Assembly (NCBI GenBank): GCA_963761305.1
Contig: CAVXGK010000002.1
Location: forward strand, 1,536,001 to 1,600,000
Source: an uncultured Gemmatimonadaceae bacterium
GTDB taxonomy: Bacteria > Gemmatimonadota > Gemmatimonadetes > Gemmatimonadales > Gemmatimonadaceae
Reading direction: 5' to 3'
DNA length: 64,000 nt
Position 1 is the first letter of the stretch. Each line of letters begins with the position of its first letter. Below are positions 55,872 to 64,000 of this stretch, one piece after another. A program made the translations under genes and the position numbers. A model generated the notes under the pieces. The model searched no databases and was not told the DNA's origin. It saw only the letters and a list, made by a program, of their open reading frames with translations.

Positions 55872-57025
55872 CTACTCGATCTCATCGCGGATCCATCTCC
55901 GCACTCGTGCTCGCCGGCGCTTTCGCCGCGGGCTGCTCCTCTCGCGACGCGTCGGGCACCCAGCTGGGCGACACAACACTCGGCCCCAAGCCGAGCAACC
56001 TGACCGTCACCGCCGACCAACGCCAGCGCATTCACCTGGTGACCGCCAAGACGGTCTCGTTCCGGCCGAACGTCGAAGCCACCGGCACGGTGGCCTTCAA
56101 CGGCGACCACTCGACTCAGGTGTTGTCACCGGTGTCGGGCCCGGCGGTCCGCGTGATCGCCGAGCCGGGACAAGTCGTGGAGAAGGGCGATGCGCTCGCC
56201 GACGTCTCGTCGCCCGACTTCGCGACGGCGGTGGCGACGTATCGCAAGGCGGAAACGGCCGTCCACAACGCCAAGCGCATCTACGTGCAGGACTCGGCGC
56301 TCTTCAAGAACGACGCGCTGGCGCGCACCGATCTCGAACAGGCACAGTCGGACCTCTCGTCGGCCGATGCCGACGTCGGCGCGGCGATCGAAGGTATGCG
56401 GTCGCTCGGCGTTGACGAGGCGCAGATCCAAGCGGTGCGCGACGGCAAGACGACGTCGATTGCGGCCGTCGTGCGCGCTCCGATCTCGGGCACCATTGTC
56501 GAGAAGCTCATCACGCCGGGGCAACTGCTCGCCGCCGGGACGACGCCGACGTACACCATCGCCGATCTCTCCACGGTGTGGGTGCTGGCCAACGTCTACG
56601 CCAACGATCTCGGCGACGTGTCGGTCGGCCAGAACGTCGACGTGATCGCCGACGACGCGGCGCAACCGCTGCCTGGGCGCGTCGACTACATCGCGTCGCT
56701 AGTCGATCCGGGAACGAAGGCCGTGCAGGTTCGCCTCGTCGTGCCGAACCGCCGCCAGGCGCTCCGGCGCGACATGTTCGTGCAGGTCCGGATCAAGTCG
56801 ACCGCCGAACACCGCGGGATCCTCGTCCCTGTGTCGTCGGTCCTGCGCGACGAACAGAACCTGCCGTTCGTGTTCGTCACGGCGCCGGGCGGCACGTTCC
56901 TGCGCCGCAAGATCATACTCGGCCGCCGGGTCGGCGATTCGTACGAGGCCGCGTCGGGGCTCGTCGACGGTGACCAGGTGGTGGCGGAGGGTTCGCTGTT
57001 CCTCGAGTTCGCGGAGACGCAGTGA
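55868..57025 (+). CDS. RND periplasmic adaptor (CzcB-like)
   Basis: AAGC lipobox; SPVSG, VRAPISGTI, IADLSTVWV, GLVDGDQVV. Confidence 0.92.
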   Translation: MTTRSHRGSISALVLAGAFAAGCSSRDASGTQLGDTTLGPKPSNLTVTADQRQRIHLVTAKTVSFRPNVEATGTVAFNGDHSTQVLSPVSGPAVRVIAEPGQVVEKGDALADVSSPDFATAVATYRKAETAVHNAKRIYVQDSALFKNDALARTDLEQAQSDLSSADADVGAAIEGMRSLGVDEAQIQAVRDGKTTSIAAVVRAPISGTIVEKLITPGQLLAAGTTPTYTIADLSTVWVLANVYANDLGDVSVGQNVDVIADDAAQPLPGRVDYIASLVDPGTKAVQVRLVVPNRRQALRRDMFVQVRIKSTAEHRGILVPVSSVLRDEQNLPFVFVTAPGGTFLRRKIILGRRVGDSYEAASGLVDGDQVVAEGSLFLEFAETQ

Positions 57026-60000
57026 GCGACCCGAACCACTCCGCGGCCGAGCACTCGTCGGCCGGCGGCGCCGCGTCGAGACACGGGCCGATCCAACGGC
57101 TGGTCGAGGCGTCGGTCGGGCAGCCGCTCATCATCCTGCTCATCACGCTCGGCATCATTGGGCTCGGTTTTTTCTCATTGAAGCGGCTGCCCGTCGACGC
57201 GTATCCCGACGTCTCGCCGACGGCCGTCGAGTTGACGGCGCAGTGGCCCGGACACGCGACGGAAGAGGTCGAGCGGCTGGTGACGGTGCCGATCGAAACG
57301 GCGTTGAATGGGCTGCCGAATCTCGTCGTGATGCGATCGGTGTCGCTCTACGGATTGTCGAGCGTTCGCGTCACGTTCTCAGAGGGCACGGATCTCTATT
57401 TCGCGCGGCAACAGGTGTTCGAGCGACTCGGCGATGCGGCGGTCCCGGCGGGCGTCAGCCCGGGCATGGAAGCGGCGTCGTCGCCGTCGGGACTCGTCTA
57501 CCGCTACGTCATCAAGAGCAGCGATCGATCGGCGATGGAGCTGCACGTCCTCGAGGACTGGGTGCTCGACAAGGCGTATCGCGCCGTGCCGGGCGTCGCC
57601 GACGTCGCGTCGCTCGGCGGCGAGACGATGCAGTACCAGGTGCTCGTCGATCCGACGAAGCTGGCCGGAGCGGGGCTCGCCGTCAGCGACGTGGCGAACG
57701 CTCTCAGTGCCAACAACAGCAACGCCGGCGGCGGGTTCTATTCGGAAGGGGCGCAGTTCATCTACGTCCGGGGACTGGGACGCGTCGTCACGCTGGAAGA
57801 CATCGGGAACATCGTGATCGCCGTGAAGAACGGCATTCCGATTCTCATCAAGGACGTGGCGAAGGTGGAGATCGGCCACGCGCCGCGGCTCGGCCAGTTC
57901 GGGTTCAACAAGACCGACGACGCGGTGGAAGGCACCATCCTGATGCTCACCGGCGAGCAGGCGCAGGTCGTTCTCAAGCGTGTCGAGGCGAAGACCCAGG
58001 AGCTGAACGATCACGTGCTGCCGAAGGACGTGAAAGTCGTTCCGTTCTATGACCGGAGCGATCTCGTCTCGCTGACGACGCGCACCGTAGCCGACAACCT
58101 GATTCGCGGCATTCTGCTCGTCGTCGTCGTCCTGATCTTCTTCTTGTACGACATCCGGTCGGGGTTGATCGTCGCGGTCACCGTGCCGCTCGCGCTGCTC
58201 ATCGCGTTCATATGTCTCGACCTGCGCAACATTCCGGCGAACTTGCTGTCGATCGGCGCGATCGACTTCGGCATTCTCGTAGACGGCGCGGTCGTGATGG
58301 TGGAGAACGTCTACCGTCAGCTCGCCGAGCGTCACGGCACCGAGTATCGCTTTCGCGATGTGTTGTTCGACGCGGCGTCGGAAGTGAATCGCCCGATCGT
58401 CTACGCGATCGCCGTCATCGTGGCCGGATTCCTTCCGATCTACGCGTTGACGGGACCGTCGGCCAAGCTGTTCCGGCCGATGGCCGACACGACGATCTAC
58501 GCGTTGCTCGGCTCGCTGGTGCTCACGTTGACGGTCATTCCCGTACTCTGTTCCATCGTGCTGCGCCGCGGAGTACGCGAGCGCGTCAATCCGGTGTTCG
58601 AGTGGATCAAGCGCGGGTACGCGCGCGGACTGGATTGGTGCCTCGGGCATCGCGCATCCACCGTGGTCGTGACGCTGGCGCTCTTCGTCGTATCGGCGTT
58701 GATCGCCTACACGCGCGGCGGCGAATTCATGCCCAAGCTCGACGAAGGCGCGATCTGGGTGCGCGCGACGATGCCGTACACGATCTCGTTCGAGGCATCC
58801 TCGGCGATCGTGCCGCAGGTTCGGTCCATTCTGGCGAGCTTCCCGGAAGTCACCGACGTCGCGTCGGAGCACGGGCGCGACGACGGCGGCACCGACCCGA
58901 CCGGATTCTTCAACGCCGAGTTCTACGTCGGACTGAAACCGTATCGGCAGTGGAACGGCGACTTCAAGTCGAAAGACGCGTTGATCGCCGCGATCGACAA
59001 AAAGCTGTCCGTGTTTCCAGGCATCACCTTCAACTACACGCAGCCGGCGGAAGATGCGGTCGATGAGGCCCTCACCGGCTTGAAGTCGTCGCTCGACGTG
59101 AAAGTGTTCGGCACCGACCTCAACATTCTCGAGGACAAGGGCCGGCAAATCAAAAGCATCATCCAGGGGATCCACGGCATCACGGACGTGACGCTGGTGC
59201 AGGAGTTGGGTCAGCCGAGCCTCACCATCACCGTCGACCGCGCGAAGATCGCGCGCTACGGCCTGAGCTCCGACGCGGTGAACGGGCTCATCGAGGCAGC
59301 GGTCGGCGGCGTCGCCACGACGCAGGTCGTCCAGGGCGAGCGCACGTTCGATCTCGTCGTGCGGCTCCAGGAGCAATACCGCGGCACGCCGGAGGAGATC
59401 GGCAACATCCTGCTCGCCACTCCCGACGGCAATCAGATCCCGCTCCGTGAGGTCGCCGACGTGCAGATCGGCAACGGCGCGGCGTTCATCTATCGGCAGG
59501 ACAACTCGCGCTACATCGGCGTGCAGTACTCGGTCGAAGGACGCGATCTCGCCAGCGCCGTCGCCGAGGCGCGCGCCGCGGTCGACAAGAAGGTGAAGCT
59601 GCCGATCGGATACAGCGTCCGGTGGGGCGGCGAGTTCGAGGAGTACACGGCGTCGCGCGCGCAGATGAACGTCGTGCTCCCGGTGACGATCATTCTGATT
59701 TTCTCGCTCCTGTTCTTTCTCTACAAGAATCTGAAGTTTCCGCTCATCACGGTCGTCGGCGTCATTCTCTCGGCGCCGCTCGGCGGATTGGTGGCGATGC
59801 TCATCACGAACACGCCGTTCTCGGTGTCGTCGATGATCGGGTTCCTCGCCCTGTTCGGCGTGTCGGTGCAGACGGCCGTCGTCTACATCTCCTACGCCAA
59901 CGAGCTGCGGCTCGGCGGCCACGGCATCGAGCAGGCGACGCGCGAAGCCGCGCTGTTGCGGTTGCGGCCGATCATGATGACGGCGCTCGTCGCGGCGCTC

Positions 60001-60165
60001 GGCTTGTTGCCGGCCGCGCTGTCCACCGGCGTCGGATCGGATACGCAGAAGCCGTTCGCGCTGGTGATCGTCGGGGGACTCTTCTCGCGTCTTCTGATCA
60101 GCGTCTTCCTCATGCCCGTGCTCTACGTGATGTTCGCGCGGAGCGACGATCACCTGGAGGTCTGA
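57022..60165 (+). CDS. CzcA/CusA family heavy-metal efflux RND transporter (CzcA-like)
   Basis: LPVDAYPDV, FYDRS, GAIDFGILVDGAVVMVEN, EFMPKLDEG, RLRPIMMTA. Confidence 0.93.
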   Translation: MSDPNHSAAEHSSAGGAASRHGPIQRLVEASVGQPLIILLITLGIIGLGFFSLKRLPVDAYPDVSPTAVELTAQWPGHATEEVERLVTVPIETALNGLPNLVVMRSVSLYGLSSVRVTFSEGTDLYFARQQVFERLGDAAVPAGVSPGMEAASSPSGLVYRYVIKSSDRSAMELHVLEDWVLDKAYRAVPGVADVASLGGETMQYQVLVDPTKLAGAGLAVSDVANALSANNSNAGGGFYSEGAQFIYVRGLGRVVTLEDIGNIVIAVKNGIPILIKDVAKVEIGHAPRLGQFGFNKTDDAVEGTILMLTGEQAQVVLKRVEAKTQELNDHVLPKDVKVVPFYDRSDLVSLTTRTVADNLIRGILLVVVVLIFFLYDIRSGLIVAVTVPLALLIAFICLDLRNIPANLLSIGAIDFGILVDGAVVMVENVYRQLAERHGTEYRFRDVLFDAASEVNRPIVYAIAVIVAGFLPIYALTGPSAKLFRPMADTTIYALLGSLVLTLTVIPVLCSIVLRRGVRERVNPVFEWIKRGYARGLDWCLGHRASTVVVTLALFVVSALIAYTRGGEFMPKLDEGAIWVRATMPYTISFEASSAIVPQVRSILASFPEVTDVASEHGRDDGGTDPTGFFNAEFYVGLKPYRQWNGDFKSKDALIAAIDKKLSVFPGITFNYTQPAEDAVDEALTGLKSSLDVKVFGTDLNILEDKGRQIKSIIQGIHGITDVTLVQELGQPSLTITVDRAKIARYGLSSDAVNGLIEAAVGGVATTQVVQGERTFDLVVRLQEQYRGTPEEIGNILLATPDGNQIPLREVADVQIGNGAAFIYRQDNSRYIGVQYSVEGRDLASAVAEARAAVDKKVKLPIGYSVRWGGEFEEYTASRAQMNVVLPVTIILIFSLLFFLYKNLKFPLITVVGVILSAPLGGLVAMLITNTPFSVSSMIGFLALFGVSVQTAVVYISYANELRLGGHGIEQATREAALLRLRPIMMTALVAALGLLPAALSTGVGSDTQKPFALVIVGGLFSRLLISVFLMPVLYVMFARSDDHLEV

Positions 60166-60234
60166 ACCGGGGTCAGGAGGCGGGCGGATTCATCCTGACG
60201 GAGCCCCCGAACGGCGCTATTTTTCGGGTCCCTC

Positions 60235-62550
60235 ATGACCAAACGCCAGGACGCGCTCGACTACCATTCGACCGGTCGGCCGGGCAAGATCGCCGTCGTG
60301 CCCACCAAGCCGCTGGCCAACCAGCGGGACTTGTCGCTCGCCTACTCGCCGGGCGTGGCCGAGCCGTGCCTCGAGATCGAGCGCGACAGCGATCTCGCGT
60401 ACACGTACACGGCCAAGGGCAACCTCGTCGCCGTCGTCACCAACGGCACCGCGGTGCTCGGCCTCGGCAACATCGGAGCGATCGCCGGCAAGCCCGTGAT
60501 GGAAGGGAAAGGGAATCTCTTCAAGCAGTTCGCCGACCTCGACGTGTTCGATCTCGAGGTGGGTTCGGAGAATCCCGACGACGTCATCAAGTTCTGCCAG
60601 CTCCTCGAGCCCACGGTCGGCGGGATCAACCTCGAGGACATTCGCGCGCCCGACTGTTTCTACATCGAAGAGACGCTGCGCAAGACGCTGCGCATTCCGG
60701 TGTTCCACGACGACCAGCACGGCACGGCGATCATTTCCGGCGCCGCCCTGCTCAACGCGCTCGAGATCGTCGGCAAGAAGATCGAGGACGTTCGTGTCGT
60801 CTTCTCCGGCGCCGGCGCTGCCGCGATCTCCACGGCTGAGCATTACGTTCGGCTCGGCGTGAAACGCGAGCACATCGTGCTCTGCGATCGCCACGGCGTG
60901 ATTCACAAAGGTCGCGACGGCGAGACCGATCCGTACAAGCGGCGGTTCGCGCTCGAGACGAACGCGCGCACCTTGGCCGACGCGCTGGTCGGCGCCGACG
61001 TGTTCGTGGGACTCTCCGTCGCCGGCGCGATGACGGGCGAAATGGCGAAGTCGATGGGACCGAAGCCGATCATCTTCGCGCTGGCCAATCCGGTGCCCGA
61101 GATTCTGCCGGAGGAAGTGCGCGAGGTGCGCGACGACGCGATCATCGCCACCGGCCGCAGCGACTATCCGAACCAGGTCAACAACGTCCTCGGGTTTCCG
61201 TTCATTTTCCGCGGCGCGTTGGATGTCCGGGCGACCGAAATCAACGAAGAGATGAAGATGGCGGCGACGCGTGCGCTCGCGCTCCTCGCCAAGGAAGACG
61301 TGCCGAACAGCGTCGCGGCCCTGTACGGGCTGCACGACGTACAGTTCGGCGCCGAGTATCTGATTCCCTTCCCGTTCGACCCGCGCGTGCTGCTGTGGGT
61401 GGCGCCGGCGGTGGCGTGGGCCGCGGTCGCGTCGGGTGCGGCGAACGATTTCGTCGACATCGGCGATTATCGCGAGCGTCTCGAGTCGCGGCTCGGCCGC
61501 GCGCGCGGCGTGATGCGCGGGCTGATCAACCGCGCGATCAGCAATCCGAAGCGCGTCGTGTTCCCCGAGGGCGACGAGCCCAAGATCATCCGCGCCGCGT
61601 ACATCTGCGTCGAGGACGGCATCGCGATGCCGATCCTGCTCGGCGACCGCAAGGCGATCGAGCAGAAAGCGCGCGCGATGAACATCCCGCTCGACGAGAT
61701 CTCGATCGAGGATCCGGCGACGTCGCGCAAGCGCGAGGAGTATGCGCAGCACATGTGGGCGCGACGCCAGCGGAAAGGCATGAGCCTCGACGAGGCGCGG
61801 CGACGGCTGTACAACGGCAACTACTTCGGCTCGTGCATGGTCGTGCGCGGCGACGCCGACGCGCTCGTGTCGGGCGTGAACCTGCACTACCCGGAAACGA
61901 TTCGACCCGCGCTCGAGGTCATCGGCGCGCATCCGAAATCCGGCCTGGTGAGCGGCATGTACATGCTTGTGTTCGAGAAGCAGCTCGTGTTCTGCGCCGA
62001 CACGACCGTCAACATCGATCCGACGGCGGAACAGGTCGCGCAGATCGCGTACTCGGCGTCGCGCATCGCGCGCACGATGGGCGTCGAGCCGCGCATCGCG
62101 ATGTTGTCGTTCTCGAACTTCGGGTCGGTGCGCCATCCGGACACGGAGAAGATGGCGCGCGCGGTTCAGTTGCTCCGCCAGCGCGATCCGTCGCTCGTCG
62201 TAGATGGCGAGATGCAGGCGGATACGGCGTTCGACCCGGAGATCATAGGCCGGGACTACCCGTTCAGCACGCTGAAGGAAGAGGCGAACGTGCTTATCTT
62301 CCCGAACCTGAGCGCGGGTAACATTGCGTACAAGTTGTTGAACCATTTGGGGGGCGCGACAGCGATCGGGCCGATCCTGGTCGGCATGAGCCGGCCGGTG
62401 CATGTGCTCGAGCGTGGCGCGGACGTGCAGGACATCGTCAACATGGCAGCGGTCGCGGTCGTCGACGCGCAGGAGCGGTCCGCGCCGGCCGATGCCGGGA
62501 CGCCGTCACACGACGGCACACCATCACCAACGGTTTTCTCGAGGTTGTGA
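60235..62550 (+). CDS. maeB: NADP-dependent malic enzyme with PTA-like C-terminal domain
   Basis: [61 protein letters not shown]. Confidence 0.96.
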   Translation: MTKRQDALDYHSTGRPGKIAVVPTKPLANQRDLSLAYSPGVAEPCLEIERDSDLAYTYTAKGNLVAVVTNGTAVLGLGNIGAIAGKPVMEGKGNLFKQFADLDVFDLEVGSENPDDVIKFCQLLEPTVGGINLEDIRAPDCFYIEETLRKTLRIPVFHDDQHGTAIISGAALLNALEIVGKKIEDVRVVFSGAGAAAISTAEHYVRLGVKREHIVLCDRHGVIHKGRDGETDPYKRRFALETNARTLADALVGADVFVGLSVAGAMTGEMAKSMGPKPIIFALANPVPEILPEEVREVRDDAIIATGRSDYPNQVNNVLGFPFIFRGALDVRATEINEEMKMAATRALALLAKEDVPNSVAALYGLHDVQFGAEYLIPFPFDPRVLLWVAPAVAWAAVASGAANDFVDIGDYRERLESRLGRARGVMRGLINRAISNPKRVVFPEGDEPKIIRAAYICVEDGIAMPILLGDRKAIEQKARAMNIPLDEISIEDPATSRKREEYAQHMWARRQRKGMSLDEARRRLYNGNYFGSCMVVRGDADALVSGVNLHYPETIRPALEVIGAHPKSGLVSGMYMLVFEKQLVFCADTTVNIDPTAEQVAQIAYSASRIARTMGVEPRIAMLSFSNFGSVRHPDTEKMARAVQLLRQRDPSLVVDGEMQADTAFDPEIIGRDYPFSTLKEEANVLIFPNLSAGNIAYKLLNHLGGATAIGPILVGMSRPVHVLERGADVQDIVNMAAVAVVDAQERSAPADAGTPSHDGTPSPTVFSRL

Positions 62551-62556
62551 CAGCTT

Positions 62557-64000
62557 ATGGGGATTCTGTCGAAAACGCAGGACGACAACGAGTTGAACGA
62601 TGACGAGACCGGGGGGCTGAAGGCGCAGGGCATCGCCCCGACCGGTGAGGTCCACTGGAACCTCACCGCGCCCGTGCTGATTCAGACGGCGATCCGTCGC
62701 GGCGAGGGGCAGTTGGCCGACATGGGGCCGTTCTGTGCCGTCACGTCGCCACATACCGGCCGCTCGCCCAACGACAAGTTCGTCGTGAAGGAGGATGCGT
62801 CCGCCGGCGACATCGATTGGGGGAAGGTCAACCAGCCGATGTCCGACGCCCATTTCGATACGCTGCTGGCCGACGTCCGCGCCTATCTGAGCGCGCGCGA
62901 CGACCTCTTCGTGCAAGATCTCTACTGCGGCGCCGATCCGGAGTACCGCCTGTCGGTTCGGTACGTGAGTCCGAGCGCGTGGCACATGGCGTTCGTGCGG
63001 AACATGTTCATCCGCCCCGACGCGACCGCGCTGCCGACGTTCGACCCGAACTTCACCGTGCTGCACGCGCCGGAGATGGAAGCCGATCCCGCGCGCCACG
63101 GAACGCGCACGAGCACGTTCATCGTGCTGAATCTCGCCCGACGCATGATCCTCATCGGCGGCACGCGCTACGCCGGCGAGTTGAAGAAGGCGATGTTCAC
63201 GGTGATGAACTACTACATGCCAAAGCAGGGCGTGCTCTCGATGCACTGCTCGGCCAACGTCGGCAAGTCGGGCGACTCGGCGTTGTTCTTCGGACTCTCG
63301 GGAACCGGGAAGACGACGCTGTCCGCCGATCCCGAGCGCGCGCTGGTCGGCGACGACGAACACGGCTGGTCCAAGTCCGGCATCTTCAATTACGAAGGCG
63401 GCTGCTACGCGAAGGTGATCAATCTTTCCCCCGAAGGGGAACCGGACATCTATAAGACGACTCAGATGTTCGGGACGATTCTGGAGAACGTCGTCCTCGA
63501 CGATCTCACGCGCAAAGTGAAGTTCGAGGATCAGTCGATCACCGAGAACACGCGCGCGTCCTACCCGCTCAACTACATCCCGCACCATGTCGCCAACGGC
63601 CGGGCCGGTCATCCGAAGAACGTCGTGTTCCTGACGGCGGACGCGTTTGGCGTGCTGCCCCCGCTCGCGCGACTCACGCGCGAGCAGGCGATGTACTACT
63701 TCTTGTCGGGCTACACGGCGAAGGTCGCCGGGACGGAGCGCGGCGTGAAGGAACCGCAAGCGACGTTCTCGTCGTGCTTCGGTGCGGTCTTTCTCGTGTG
63801 GCATCCGAGCAAGTACGCGGAAATGCTCGGCCGCCTCATCGACGAGCACGGGTCGGACGTGTGGCTCGTGAACACGGGTTGGACGGGCGGTGCGTACGGC
63901 GCCGGTCGGCGCATGACGCTGTCGCACACGCGGGCGATGGTCGCGGCGCTGCTGCGCGGCGATCTGCACTCCGCACCGGTCGACACGGACCCGATTTTCG
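62557..64000 (+). CDS. pckA: Phosphoenolpyruvate carboxykinase (ATP), 3' truncated by the window
   Basis: Translated by hand: HTGRSPNDKF, YAGELKK, MHCSAN, FFGLSGTGKTTLS, GDDEHGW, EGGCYAK. Missing from the ORF track because there is no stop in the window. Confidence 0.96.
   Translation, partial: MGILSKTQDDNELNDDETGGLKAQGIAPTGEVHWNLTAPVLIQTAIRRGEGQLADMGPFCAVTSPHTGRSPNDKFVVKEDASAGDIDWGKVNQPMSDAHFDTLLADVRAYLSARDDLFVQDLYCGADPEYRLSVRYVSPSAWHMAFVRNMFIRPDATALPTFDPNFTVLHAPEMEADPARHGTRTSTFIVLNLARRMILIGGTRYAGELKKAMFTVMNYYMPKQGVLSMHCSANVGKSGDSALFFGLSGTGKTTLSADPERALVGDDEHGWSKSGIFNYEGGCYAKVINLSPEGEPDIYKTTQMFGTILENVVLDDLTRKVKFEDQSITENTRASYPLNYIPHHVANGRAGHPKNVVFLTADAFGVLPPLARLTREQAMYYFLSGYTAKVAGTERGVKEPQATFSSCFGAVFLVWHPSKYAEMLGRLIDEHGSDVWLVNTGWTGGAYGAGRRMTLSHTRAMVAALLRGDLHSAPVDTDPIF

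Noticed and set aside
57379..60153. 924-aa antisense ORF and similar long shadow ORFs (e.g. 60217..62403, 44438..46441, 62524..63969)
   Set aside because: They lie opposite well-supported genes and are expected from high-GC codon bias.

Overview
A high-GC bacterial chromosomal segment. The gene styles (ADOP permease with PadR, M56/BlaI pair, Oar-like TonB receptors) suggest Gemmatimonadota, which is an inference. I saw no rRNA, tRNA, CRISPR array, integrase or transposase. From left to right: ankyrin and VOC genes, a copper nitrite reductase (nirK-type), hydrolases and methyltransferases, PadR plus ABC permease, and a phosphatase cluster (YncE-phosphoesterase, PafA-like, metallophosphoesterase, di-heme peroxidase). 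Next come an AraC-like/TPR-like pair, a blaI-blaR(M56)-TonB receptor-duplicated periplasmic protein operon, ppk2 and a GH29 fucosidase. A probable metal-homeostasis island follows (His-rich protein, LytS/LytTR two-component system, two paralogous TonB receptors, a CxxC/RAPP leader peptide, czcCBA-type RND), then maeB and a partial pckA. Main observations: (1) a ~600-bp array of ~21/42-43-bp degenerate hairpin-forming repeats just upstream of an unknown helical protein; (2) a CxxC/RAPP arrest-peptide uORF whose 3' end pairs with the efflux operon RBS; (3) Spy/CpxP-like LTxxQ motifs on both the BlaR-type sensor and its co-encoded TonB receptor; (4) 21-bp-phased LytTR-type boxes at four promoters; (5) GTCAC-N6-GTCAC boxes before three phosphatase genes; (6) a structured 5' leader RNA candidate. 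All calls come from reading motifs by eye; no database searches were run.
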